64,000 bases of DNA from Candidatus Poribacteria bacterium. GTDB lineage: Bacteria > Poribacteria > WGA-4E > JAJDTR01. How positions within the stretch are numbered: the first letter of the stretch is position 1; each line of letters starts with the position of its first letter. The position numbers were made by a program, and so were the translations under genes. Shown here one piece after another: positions 50,767-60,774 of this stretch. The stretch covers positions 160,001 to 224,000 of the forward strand of contig CBDCTK010000002.1 in the NCBI GenBank assembly GCA_965222225.1, read 5' to 3'. Under the pieces are notes generated by a model. The model was given only the letters and a program-made list of their open reading frames with translations. It was not told where the DNA came from and made no database searches.

Positions 50767-52464
50767 ATGCCGAGAGTTCGCTTAATCCTTCTGAAGTTAA
50801 TCACCCAATCCATAATTGCCGGCATACTCTTGATGCCGTTAGAGTTGCGGGGAAGTGCATCGCCGTGGTTCACCGAAGTAAGCGCTAAAGCCGGCATTCG
50901 TTTCAAACATACGGACGGACGCAGCGGACAAAGGTACTTTCTGGAGACGCTTGGAGCAGGTGCGGCGTGGTTCGATTACGACAGAGATGGGGATTTAGAC
51001 ATCTATTTTGTGAACGGAGCCGGCTTGCCGGGGGCAGAGTTTGATGTTTCTCCCACCAACGCGCTTTATCGCAACAACGGGAATATGACTTTCACAGAGG
51101 TCACGAATGGGGCGAAGGTTGGAGATGGGGGATACGGTTTCGGCTGCTGCGTCGGTGATTACGACAACGACGGATGGCCAGACCTGTATGTTACGAATTT
51201 TGGTCCGAATATCCTGTATCGCAATAACGGAGACGGGAGTTTTTCCAATGTTACCGAGGGGACAGGCGTTGGAGGTGAACGCTGGAGTAGCAGTGCGGCA
51301 TTCGCTGACTATGACAGGGACGGCGACCTCGACCTGTTTGTCGCAAACTATCTAGACTATCGGTTGGAGGACAACACGATCTGTCATAGGGGCGATCTAC
51401 GTGTCTATTGCCCGCCTGCAGATTTTACAGGTGTGGCTGATGTGCTTTACGAAAATAAAGGTGATGGAAGTTTTGCGGATGTAACGCGAGAATCGGGCGT
51501 GTTCAATCCCGAGGGAAAGGGACTAGGTGTCGTTTGGGGCGATTACGACAACGACGGTTATCCCGATATCTTCGTTGCCAATGACACAACGGCGGACATG
51601 CTTTATCGAAATAACGGTGATGGCACATTTATGGATGTAGCACTGTTCGTCGGTGTCGCCCTCGGCGCGAAAGGAATCCCCATGGGCGGTATGGGCACCA
51701 GTTTTGGCGACTACGATAACGATGGGTGGTTAGACATTGCCGTGACGAATTTTCAGGACGATCCGAACAGCCTTTATCATGGTGAAGGCGACGGTACGTT
51801 TGCGGACGCAAGCTATGCGAGCCGGTTGGGCGGAGTCAGTCTTCCTTATGTTGGTTGGGGAGTCGATTTTGTAGACTTGGATAACGATGGATTTACGGAT
51901 CTGTTTGTGGGAAACGGGAACATATATGATAACGTCGAAATGTTTAATCCGGGCTACACGTATCCGCAACGCAACCATCTCTTCAGAAATCAGGGTGATG
52001 GAACGCTGAGTGAAATCTCCAGCCAGTGCGGCCCCGGATTGAGTTTAAACAAAGTCAGCCGCGGCGTCGCCTTCGTTGACTATGACAATGATGGCGATAT
52101 TGATATCCTTGTCACCAATTCCAATCAGACTCCCGACCTACTCCGGAACGAAAGTTCCAATCAGAACAATTGGCTCAACTTGCGACTCGTTGGAACGGCG
52201 AGCAACAGGGATGCCATCGGTGCTCGAGTGAAGATTTTTGCACCGGGGCCTGAACCTCAACTTCGAGAGGTGAAGAGCGGTTCTAGTTACCTCTGTCAAA
52301 GTGACATGCGTTTGCATTTCGGACTGGGTAATGCCTCTATTGTCACTCGCATCGAAATCCGATGGCCCAGCGGATTGGACGATACGTTTGGAGGGATAGC
52401 GCCGAATCAATTTCTGGAAGTCCGGGAAGGCGAAAAACGGTTGATTCCCCTAGTCTCGAAGTAA
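50767..52464 (+). CDS. CRTAC1/ASPIC-UnbV family protein
   Basis: Signal peptide; many DYDNDG.PD repeats; NRDAIGA...HFGLG...WPSG. Confidence 0.92.
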   Translation: MPRVRLILLKLITQSIIAGILLMPLELRGSASPWFTEVSAKAGIRFKHTDGRSGQRYFLETLGAGAAWFDYDRDGDLDIYFVNGAGLPGAEFDVSPTNALYRNNGNMTFTEVTNGAKVGDGGYGFGCCVGDYDNDGWPDLYVTNFGPNILYRNNGDGSFSNVTEGTGVGGERWSSSAAFADYDRDGDLDLFVANYLDYRLEDNTICHRGDLRVYCPPADFTGVADVLYENKGDGSFADVTRESGVFNPEGKGLGVVWGDYDNDGYPDIFVANDTTADMLYRNNGDGTFMDVALFVGVALGAKGIPMGGMGTSFGDYDNDGWLDIAVTNFQDDPNSLYHGEGDGTFADASYASRLGGVSLPYVGWGVDFVDLDNDGFTDLFVGNGNIYDNVEMFNPGYTYPQRNHLFRNQGDGTLSEISSQCGPGLSLNKVSRGVAFVDYDNDGDIDILVTNSNQTPDLLRNESSNQNNWLNLRLVGTASNRDAIGARVKIFAPGPEPQLREVKSGSSYLCQSDMRLHFGLGNASIVTRIEIRWPSGLDDTFGGIAPNQFLEVREGEKRLIPLVSK

Positions 52465-52569
52465 GTAGGACAAAAGTCGGGAATGTGAATTGTTTTTCAC
52501 TCGGTAATACGGAGATTGTTGATTCAATAGAGTTGTGCGATTCTACATATCATGAGGAGATTGAGCTTT

Positions 52570-53397
52570 ATGGTGCACTGTGACAAAATGCAGGATAAGC
52601 GAGTTCTTATCACAGGTGCGGGGACCGGAATCGGACGGGAAGTCGCACTGGAATTTGCAAGAGAAGGCGCTGTGGTCGCGCTTCATTACGCCCACAGTGC
52701 AGACGGCGCTGAGTCCGCCGTAGCGGAGATCGAGGGTGCGGGCGGACAAGCGGCAGCTTTCAAAGCAGACTTCACAGATGTCAACGCGGTCAAGCAATTG
52801 GCAAACCAGGCGGTCGAATTTCTCGGAGGGCTTGATGTGCTCATCAACAACGCCGGAATAACGATGAACCTGCCGTTTGAGGAAGTGACCCCCGAACAGT
52901 TTGATACGTTGTACAACGTGAACATACGCGCTCAGTTCTTTCTTACGCAAGCCGCGCTATCACAGTTGATTGAGAGCCAAGGGATTGTCATCAACCTTTC
53001 GTCCATTCACGCCTTTGAAGCCTACCCCGAGCACTCAGTATATGCGGGTACCAAGGGCGCAATTGTCGCTTACACTCGCGAGCTCTCAATAGAATTGGCG
53101 GTGAAAGGCGTGCGAGTGAACGCAATTGCCCCGGGAGCGGTCGAAGTGGAAAATCACTACAAAGTTGTTCCTGATTACGACCCGAAGGCAAATGGCGAGA
53201 TGATTCCCTGTGGCTTTGAAGGGGTGCCGCTGGATATCGCTCGGGTCGCCGTTTTCCTTGCCTCCGATGATGCTCGGTATATTGTTGGGCAGACACTCCT
53301 TGTAGATGGCGGCACCACCTCCTGGATGCCGTTTAACGATGACTTCCGAAAACGCGGAGACGTTCGCTTTGGGAAAGGGTACGTGCCGGGAATATAG
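52570..53397 (+). CDS. SDR family oxidoreductase
   Basis: TGAGTGIG, NNAG, YAGTK and VDGG motifs; start placed behind GAGGAG. Confidence 0.92.
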   Translation: MVHCDKMQDKRVLITGAGTGIGREVALEFAREGAVVALHYAHSADGAESAVAEIEGAGGQAAAFKADFTDVNAVKQLANQAVEFLGGLDVLINNAGITMNLPFEEVTPEQFDTLYNVNIRAQFFLTQAALSQLIESQGIVINLSSIHAFEAYPEHSVYAGTKGAIVAYTRELSIELAVKGVRVNAIAPGAVEVENHYKVVPDYDPKANGEMIPCGFEGVPLDIARVAVFLASDDARYIVGQTLLVDGGTTSWMPFNDDFRKRGDVRFGKGYVPGI

Positions 53398-53417
53398 CAG
53401 CGAAACAGATCCGGGGG

Positions 53418-55484
53418 ATGGCAATGTGGTTGGGATTAGCCGCCTTATTGGCAATCGCGATAGCAGTGGGCATAGAAAACAGGGCAGAGGGGACAACACC
53501 GACAATGGAAGAATTGGATATTTCAAGAGCGTGGGTTGCAACTCACTTTGAATCTAGTGACGCCGCTCCGCCTTTTTCCTTTCGTTATGGCGGTCAGCCT
53601 GTGACGGAGGCTCTCCAGGCGTGGCGAACAGACAGTGTGGTGCGGAAACTGGGTGACTCGCGGACTGAAAGGACGCTCACCTATGCTGACCCGAAATCCG
53701 GGCTTGAAGTGCGATGTGTGGTTATTGAATACAGTGACTATCCCGCTGTCGAATGGACTGTTTTCTTTGAGAACAAGGGCAGCGACACGACACCGGTTCT
53801 TTCCGATGTTCAAGCGGCGAATTTTTCGCTCTCAAGTGCTGCACCGGGAGACTTTGTCGTATATCATGCAGACGGAAGCCACGCTGCTCCGACGGATTTT
53901 CACCCACGCGATACAAAACTAACCCGCGGGAAAGAACTACGCTTTGCGCCGTATGGAGGAAGGTCTTCGGATGGTGTTCTCCCGTTTTTCAATCTCAAGC
54001 AACCCGACGGCAATGGCATGATAGCCGCGATCGGCTGGACCGGACAGTGGGCGGCATCGTTCACACAGAAGAGCGACGTAGATGTCAAGTTTCAAGCCGG
54101 AATGGAGACTACCCACCTGAAATTGTACCCCGGCGAAAAAATTAGGACGCCGTCAATCCTGTTGTGCTTTTGGAACGACAATCGGAAGCATAGCCAGAAT
54201 TTGTTGAGAAGCCTGTTGCTCAATCACTATTCGCCTACCTCTGATGGAGTTCTAGCCGATGTGCCCGTTGGCGCATCGCCTCATAGTGAGATTCCCTTTG
54301 AATCAACCACGGAAACTAACATGATTGAAGGGATTACAAAGGTGACCTCACACAATCTACCGATTGACACGTGGTGGATTGATGCGGGTTGGTATTTATG
54401 CCCCGATGCTGTGACCGGCGGGCGAAATTGGGCGAAAGGCGTTGGCAACTGGGATGCCGACCCTGAACGCTATCCCAACGGCATGAAACCTGTAGCGGAC
54501 GCCGCACATCAGAACGGTTTGAAGTTTCTGCTGTGGTTTGAACCCGAGCGCGTCATGCCCGGTACGTGGCTTTACGAAAACCACCCGGATTGGCTGCTGG
54601 CACCGCCGACGCGCCTTCCTCCGGAGCTCCAATACGAAGGGAGGGACGGATTCCATCTGTTGGACTTAGGCAATTCGAAGGCACTCGCGTGGGCGAAGGA
54701 GACGTTTTCAGGAATGATTAGAGACGTGGGGATTGACATATACCGCCATGACTGCAATATCTACCCTTTGCACTATTGGCGGAAGGGCGAAGCGCCGGAC
54801 AGGCAGGGCATGAACGAGATTCGGTACATCCTGGGGCTTTATGACTTTTTTGACTCGCTCCAGCGCGGGAACCCGAATCTCCTTATCGACAACTGTGCGA
54901 GCGGCGGCAGGAGACTTGACTTCGAGATGTTGCGTCGGTCAGCCGCGCTGTGGCGGAGCGACGACTGCTGGAATGCAGATGCGGAACAGAGCATGACTTA
55001 CGGGCTGTCGCTCTGGATGCCGCTGCACGGCGTGGGTTCGATTTCAGTCAATCCGTATGATTTTCGCAGTGGTATGGGAGCCAACTTTTCTGCGTCATTG
55101 AGATTTTATTCCGATCCCGCTATCTGGGAACCCGCTATAGACCTTTTCACCGAATACAGGTCAATCCGCCACCTGTATCATGGAGATTTCTACCCGCTCA
55201 CGCCGTACAGCGTATCTCCGCAGGCGTGGATCGCTTGGCAATTTCATCGGTCCGACCTTGGCGAGGGTATGGTGCAAGCGTTCCGCAGATCCGATAGCGA
55301 TGTCTCCGATACTGTCTTCACACTTCACGGATTGTCGCCCGAGGTGCAATACTTGGTGGCCAATCTTGATACACCGGGGACCTCTCGGATAACTGGACAA
55401 GAACTCATGGACAAGGGGATTTCTGTCTCGATAAACAAAGCACGGGGTTCTGCAGTCATCGTTTATAAACCGATTGATGAATGA
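53418..55484 (+). CDS. Secreted GH36 alpha-galactosidase
   Basis: Signal peptide; WIDAGWY, LWFEPE and DNCASGGRRLD motifs. Confidence 0.88.
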   Translation: MAMWLGLAALLAIAIAVGIENRAEGTTPTMEELDISRAWVATHFESSDAAPPFSFRYGGQPVTEALQAWRTDSVVRKLGDSRTERTLTYADPKSGLEVRCVVIEYSDYPAVEWTVFFENKGSDTTPVLSDVQAANFSLSSAAPGDFVVYHADGSHAAPTDFHPRDTKLTRGKELRFAPYGGRSSDGVLPFFNLKQPDGNGMIAAIGWTGQWAASFTQKSDVDVKFQAGMETTHLKLYPGEKIRTPSILLCFWNDNRKHSQNLLRSLLLNHYSPTSDGVLADVPVGASPHSEIPFESTTETNMIEGITKVTSHNLPIDTWWIDAGWYLCPDAVTGGRNWAKGVGNWDADPERYPNGMKPVADAAHQNGLKFLLWFEPERVMPGTWLYENHPDWLLAPPTRLPPELQYEGRDGFHLLDLGNSKALAWAKETFSGMIRDVGIDIYRHDCNIYPLHYWRKGEAPDRQGMNEIRYILGLYDFFDSLQRGNPNLLIDNCASGGRRLDFEMLRRSAALWRSDDCWNADAEQSMTYGLSLWMPLHGVGSISVNPYDFRSGMGANFSASLRFYSDPAIWEPAIDLFTEYRSIRHLYHGDFYPLTPYSVSPQAWIAWQFHRSDLGEGMVQAFRRSDSDVSDTVFTLHGLSPEVQYLVANLDTPGTSRITGQELMDKGISVSINKARGSAVIVYKPIDE

Positions 55485-55695
55485 GTTGCAAGCAATGGTT
55501 TGCAGTTGTTTGCTCTTCTGATTTCTAGAAGCTGTTCTCTTTGGAGACACCCTTTATGCGGTGTTGCGCCCAAGTTGTTTGGCGCATTAGGACGGGACTC
55601 GGTTTTTGAATATGTGACAGGTTATGTTCATATGATCCAATTGTCGGCAGGGGGCATCTAATTTCAATCTGATCAAAATGAAAGGAGTTCAATCC

Positions 55696-56526
55696 ATGAC
55701 TGTGACGGCAAATAGGTATATGCGTCTTTGCAGCGCCTGTTTCATCGTATGTTTGGCATTGACCGGGAAAAGCCATGCTCAACCGTTTTTGAAGGGCATT
55801 GAGGCTATCTGGCTTTTTGATGAAGGTAAGGGAAAATCGGTTAAAGACTCTTCCGGCAATGGTCATCACGGCGACTTTCGAGGCAAGCCGGAATACATTG
55901 AGGGGAAATTTGGCACGGCTCTGGATTTTGGCGGGCCAGAGGAGGGGGATTGGGTACAGATGGACGACCCAGTCGTTGTAGACACCGTTGATTTTAGCAT
56001 GGGATTTTGGATGAAGCCTGCCAAACCACAAAATTGCTGGGGAAATGTGTTGTCCAGTCGAGATCAGGACTTGGGAGATGCGGGAATTGCCATTGCAGAG
56101 AGCGGCTGCCTCGACAATTGGTATAGAATTATCATTGGCGGCGTAATCAATTGGGATGGGGTAGGTAATCCCAGAAACACTGTGCGTCCTAAGGCGCTGG
56201 AGTGGAATCATGTAGTCTTTGTCCGTCAAGGCAGAGAAGGGATTTGGTATCTCAACGGGAAGCCGGATCGCCCTAAGCGGGGCAACTTTTACATTGACTT
56301 GGGTACGGAGCGCCCAGTGGGAGCATCCCGAGAAAATTTCCGCATCGCAACCGCCATATTCGCTGAAGGCAGGTCCTATAGGGGAGCTCTTGATGAAGCC
56401 TTTATCTTTAAGAGAGCATTGACTCAGCTTGAAGTTACAAAGGTAATGGAGAAGGGGCTGATCGGGGCACAGGCAGTGGATGCGGAAGACAAAATTGCAA
56501 CGGTCTGGGGACGGCTAAAGTCCTAG
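55696..56526 (+). CDS. Secreted LamG/ConA-like lectin-domain protein 1
   Basis: WLFDEGKG..DSSGNG, GKFGTAL.F, WNHV and G.LDE motifs; tail AVDAEDKIATVWGRLKS. Confidence 0.88.
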   Translation: MTVTANRYMRLCSACFIVCLALTGKSHAQPFLKGIEAIWLFDEGKGKSVKDSSGNGHHGDFRGKPEYIEGKFGTALDFGGPEEGDWVQMDDPVVVDTVDFSMGFWMKPAKPQNCWGNVLSSRDQDLGDAGIAIAESGCLDNWYRIIIGGVINWDGVGNPRNTVRPKALEWNHVVFVRQGREGIWYLNGKPDRPKRGNFYIDLGTERPVGASRENFRIATAIFAEGRSYRGALDEAFIFKRALTQLEVTKVMEKGLIGAQAVDAEDKIATVWGRLKS

Positions 56527-56587
56527 TCTAGAGTCGGAGCGCTGTTCATTTTTTCATTCACTATCCTATCTTACCAATTTGCATCAT

Positions 56588-56608
56588 GGTGGGCAGTGCC
56601 CACCCTAC
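56588..56608. repeat. GTAG-family REP element
   Basis: GGTGGGCA-g-TGCCCACC-CTAC. Confidence 0.65.
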
Positions 56609-56635
56609 AAACGTACTAAGAAAGGTGTTCAAGCC

Positions 56636-57466
56636 ATGACTGTGACAGCAAATAGGTTTATGCGTCTTTGCAGCGCCTGTTTCATGGTATGTTTGGCATT
56701 GACCGGGAAAAGCCATGCTCAAGCGTTTCTGAATAAGGTCGAAGGTATCTGGCTGTTCGACGAAGGCAAAGGAGAAACCGTCGAAGATTCTTCCGGTAAT
56801 GGTCATAACGGCGAATTCAGGGGGGACCCGGAATACGTTGAAGGAAAATTCGGCACAGCGCTAGAGTTTGGCGGCCCCGGAGAGAGAGATTGGGTAGAAA
56901 TGAAGGGGCCCGTTGCGGTGGATAGTGTTGATTTTTCTTTTGGTTGTTGGATGAAACCGCACAGTACGCAAATTTGCCACGCAACTATCTTGGGCGCCAG
57001 GGATGAAAATGGTTCAGACACCGGATTTGACTTCGACCAAAGCCAATGTCAGACCAATTGGTATAGGATAGTCATCGGCGGTGTAATCAATTGGGATGGA
57101 ATAGGCAATCCAAGAAACACGGTGCGTGTGAAATCGGAGGAATGGAATCATGTGGTCTTTGTTCGCCAAGGCAGAGAAGGGATTTGGTATCTCAACGGTA
57201 AGCCGGATCGCCCTAAGCGGGGCGATTTTTACGTTGACTTAGGCTCGGAACGCCCGGTGACACCCGGCAAAGAAAACTTCCGCATTGGCGCGCCCATATA
57301 TGATGACGGTCTACCCTACAGGGGTGTTCTTGACGAAGTCTTTATCTTCAAAAGGGCACTATCTCAAGTTGAAGTTACCACAGTGATGGAAAAGGGAGTT
57401 GTCGGAGCGCAGGCGGTTGACGCGAATGACAAAATTGCAACCGTGTGGGGACGGATAAAATCCTAA
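56636..57466 (+). CDS. Secreted LamG/ConA-like lectin-domain protein 2
   Basis: Tandem paralog; tail AVDANDKIATVWGRIKS. Confidence 0.88.
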   Translation: MTVTANRFMRLCSACFMVCLALTGKSHAQAFLNKVEGIWLFDEGKGETVEDSSGNGHNGEFRGDPEYVEGKFGTALEFGGPGERDWVEMKGPVAVDSVDFSFGCWMKPHSTQICHATILGARDENGSDTGFDFDQSQCQTNWYRIVIGGVINWDGIGNPRNTVRVKSEEWNHVVFVRQGREGIWYLNGKPDRPKRGDFYVDLGSERPVTPGKENFRIGAPIYDDGLPYRGVLDEVFIFKRALSQVEVTTVMEKGVVGAQAVDANDKIATVWGRIKS

Positions 57467-57674
57467 TCTTCAGTCAAATCACTTTTTCGTTTTTACTCTT
57501 AACGCTTTATTCGTTAAGTTGGACTTTGTAGATTTAAGCAGCATAACAGACGGTGCGAATCAAGCGTTCAAGAAGAGTGCCGACGTTTTGACTATCTGGC
57601 GTTCTTATATCATTTCCGTATATTTGCAGTGTCTCAATAGCATCAATCGAGCCTTTCCGCTAAGGGACAGGACG

Positions 57675-57831
57675 GTCTCTATCGGACTGAGATCACTATC
57701 TCACGGGATTTACTATGGGCGTTCTATTGAGGTCACTATGGGATTTACTATCGCCTTAGGATCTCTATCGCGCTTCCTTTTCGGTCGCTTGATCTATCCG
57801 CTCAGTTGATCGTTACTCGCTCGGTCGATCC
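57675..57831 (+). repeat. Dispersed intergenic repeat, copy 7 (longest)
   Basis: Several GATYWCTAT subunits followed by three CGCTC/GGTC-N-TTGATC-like subunits. Confidence 0.7.
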
Positions 57832-58033
57832 TTGTTCAGCCGCTTAAATTATATATTCGTTTAATCTCCGATAAGCTCTTGCTGAAGTGCAAGACCTACC
57901 GACACTTAGAAGTGAGCCACAGGACTGTTACGAGGGTTTTGCTGCAGCGGAACACCATGTTAGGTTTGCGTAAGAATGGCGATTATTTCGGCACCTCAGT
58001 CCAGACCGAGCAGTTAGGGAGCACGCCGGGCAG

Positions 58034-58068
58034 GGAAGAAACCGGGTTTTCAGGAAAAACTCGGTTTC
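58034..58068. repeat. REP-like palindrome, copy 2
   Basis: GGAAGAAACCGGGTTTT-cagga-AAAACTCGGTTTC. Confidence 0.7.
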
Positions 58069-58115
58069 GAACCAAATGGTGCTACTATACATCTGATACG
58101 AAAGGAGTTTAAACC

Positions 58116-58946
58116 GTGACAATGACCGTAACTAGATTAGCGCGTTCTTGTATTGCCTTTTTCGTCGTCTGTTTGACCTTGACCGGGAATAGTCATGCTC
58201 AACCATTTTTGAAGGATGTTGTGGCTATGTGGCTCTTTGATGAAGGTAGAGGCAAAGCGGTCAAAGACTCGTCCGGCAATGGACTTCACGGCGAGTTTGG
58301 GCGCAAACCGGAATTCGTTGTAGGAAAATTCGGCACGGCTCTGCAATTCGGCGGAGGGGAGGAGGGCGCTTGGCTCGAAATGGATGGGCCTGTCAAGATA
58401 GATAGTGTTGATTTTTCTTTCGGTTGTTGGATAATACCCGGCAAACCGCAAACTTGCTGGGCAACTGTCTTGGCGGCAAAGGATCAGCATGAGGCAGACG
58501 TCGGGTTCGCCTTTGAACAGAGCAACTGTTTGAACAATTGGTACAGGATTGTCATCGGCAATGTTATCAATTGGAACGCAATAGGAAATCCAAGAAACAC
58601 AGTCCGTCCGCAGCCAGAGGAATGGAACCACATCGTGTTTGTCCGTCAAGGCAGGGATGGGATTTGGTATCTTAACGGGGAGCCAGATCGCCCAAAGCGG
58701 GGAAACTTTTATGTTGACCTAGGGTCGGACCGCCCCGTGGGGGTCCCGCGGGAGAACTTCCGCATCGGTAACACCGTATTTGACGAACGCCGAGGCTGGA
58801 AGGGAACCCTTGACGAAGTCTTCATCTTCAGAAGGGCACTGAGTCAACTTGAGGTTACGAAAGTTATGGAACAGGGACTCGTCGAAGCGCAGGCGGTTGA
58901 CATGGAGGACAAGATCGCAACGGTCTGGGGGCGGATAAAGTCTTAA
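58116..58946 (+). CDS. Secreted LamG/ConA-like lectin-domain protein 3
   Basis: Tandem paralog; AAGGAG RBS; tail AVDMEDKIATVWGRIKS. Confidence 0.88.
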   Translation: MTMTVTRLARSCIAFFVVCLTLTGNSHAQPFLKDVVAMWLFDEGRGKAVKDSSGNGLHGEFGRKPEFVVGKFGTALQFGGGEEGAWLEMDGPVKIDSVDFSFGCWIIPGKPQTCWATVLAAKDQHEADVGFAFEQSNCLNNWYRIVIGNVINWNAIGNPRNTVRPQPEEWNHIVFVRQGRDGIWYLNGEPDRPKRGNFYVDLGSDRPVGVPRENFRIGNTVFDERRGWKGTLDEVFIFRRALSQLEVTKVMEQGLVEAQAVDMEDKIATVWGRIKS

Positions 58947-59491
58947 TCTTTCGTTTGGGTCGCTACTATAAAACGAGTCACAACAAGTGAAGGCAACTGT
59001 TTGGTTTACGAATTTCTTCCTTCTATGGAGGAGAGTCGCTCCGGATCCTACAGTTGTACGCGTTAGCGGTCGTTCTCTTATCTTCTAAGGCACAGCTTGT
59101 GGGTGCCCGTTGCCAACCATTACCCACTGTCTGCAGGTTTGTCGTAGGGAGGGTCGATCTGTAGTTAGCGGCAATCTTTACTCTGGAATGATCCTGTCAG
59201 TCGGTTGCGGCCTTTTCGCTGAACACTGAGACCAGCAAACACTATCAAAATGGATGTTCTTGCTGCCAAGGTCATCGCGCCAAGAGTCAAGAGAACGGCA
59301 TTCTTGAGGTGTTACCATCTCATTAGTTGGACAGCGGCCTTTTAAGGCGAAGGGCGAAGCCATCACGCCAGGAGAGAGCCCCGATTCAATCAACAGTTAA
59401 CCGAGGATCCTACCTTCAGCTTTCGGTATGGGGACGCCGAATTCGCCTAAAGTTTGCGGTCGTATAATCGTAAAAAGAGGATGATTTCACA

Positions 59492-60331
59492 ATGACACCA
59501 CTCAAATTGACCGACCATCAACTTGATTTTTTTAAAACATTTGGTTTTCAAAGTTTCCCCGCACTGCTGGCAGACCAAATTGACGAAATCGATAGCGAGT
59601 TTGAAGCGGTTTGGGAAGCACGTGGGGGCGGGCATCACGGCAAACCGCATGAAGGCAAAGCACGCTCCTGCATCGTTCCCTTCATCGATCAAACTGCACG
59701 ACTTTGTGCGCTGCTTGATGACGCACGAATTCTTGGTATTGCCACCAGCCTACTCGGCGATGACTTCAATTATATGGGCAGTGACGGCAACTACTATGTG
59801 GGCGACACCGGTTGGCACTCTGATGGCTGGCATTCGAACTTCTTGCACATCAAAATCGCGCTTTACCTTGACCCCTTGACCCGTGACACAGGCGCTATTC
59901 GCGTCATCCCGGGGAGCCACCTGCCCGGCGACACATATGCAAATGCGCTCGCCGAAAAAGTTGGTAAGAGCCAGGAATTGTGGGAAGCTCACGGCAAGGA
60001 TGTGCCCGCCGTCGCATTGGAAACCATGCCTGGCGATGTCGTTTGCTTCAATCACAACACCAAACATGCTGCATTCGGTGGAAGTACGCGACGGCGAATG
60101 TTCACGATTAACCTTTGCGAACGATACCCCGAAAGCCAATTGGATACGTTTCGCGGCTACATCAGCGGGCATGCGCGGTACTGGGTAGAACGAGTGTATG
60201 GGGAGATAATGGTCTCTACTGCCGGACCAGAGCGGATGCGCCACCTAGAGCAGGTCATGGCAAACGATGGGCACCTCGCTGAACTTGCCCGCCAAGCGAA
60301 AGAGGCAATGACAGAACCTGCGCGCGGTTGA
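59492..60331 (+). CDS. PhyH-family Fe/2OG dioxygenase
   Basis: WHSD, IPGSH and TKHAAFGG..RRRM motifs. Confidence 0.9.
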   Translation: MTPLKLTDHQLDFFKTFGFQSFPALLADQIDEIDSEFEAVWEARGGGHHGKPHEGKARSCIVPFIDQTARLCALLDDARILGIATSLLGDDFNYMGSDGNYYVGDTGWHSDGWHSNFLHIKIALYLDPLTRDTGAIRVIPGSHLPGDTYANALAEKVGKSQELWEAHGKDVPAVALETMPGDVVCFNHNTKHAAFGGSTRRRMFTINLCERYPESQLDTFRGYISGHARYWVERVYGEIMVSTAGPERMRHLEQVMANDGHLAELARQAKEAMTEPARG

Positions 60332-60627
60332 AGAGCGCTCCTGTTCGTTCAAACCGAACGATTGTAATCTTCAAGTACATTCGACTCAAGGCATGATCAT
60401 AGATTGGTGATGCCATCGTTATAGATTCTCGCTCACAGCATCCCCATCCGTTTAAGCGGAAACGCTGAAGACAGATAAGCGATTATCTGTGAACTGTAAG
60501 ATTCCGTATCTGGTTGCAGTGCCTTCACTGACCATTACCCATCAAGACTATCATTAATAATACCATTTCGCTTGAATAATGATGCATATGATGTCTGGAT
60601 TATATCGTTCACTTTTCCGTAGGCGGG

Positions 60628-60663
60628 GATCAAGGGAGTCAATAGCGATCGCGATAGAGAACC
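60628..60663 (-). repeat. Dispersed intergenic repeat, copy 8
   Basis: Reverse complement GGTTCTCTATCGCGATCGCTATTGACTCCCTTGATC matches copy 2. Confidence 0.7.
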
Positions 60664-60774
60664 CCTTGCCCCACCAACTTTGCGCGGAGACACGGCTTCT
60701 TACTCCGATCGACGCAAGATTCTTTACTTAATCCACGTAATTAATGCCCTTGCATTTTAGATAAATGGTATAAG

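Noticed and set aside
57675-57831. CRISPR array
   Set aside because: Subunits are short, degenerate and adjacent, with no unique ~30-40 bp spacers and no cas genes.
55696-58946. Diversity-generating retroelement targets
   Set aside because: No reverse transcriptase or template repeat in the window; differences are not adenine-specific.
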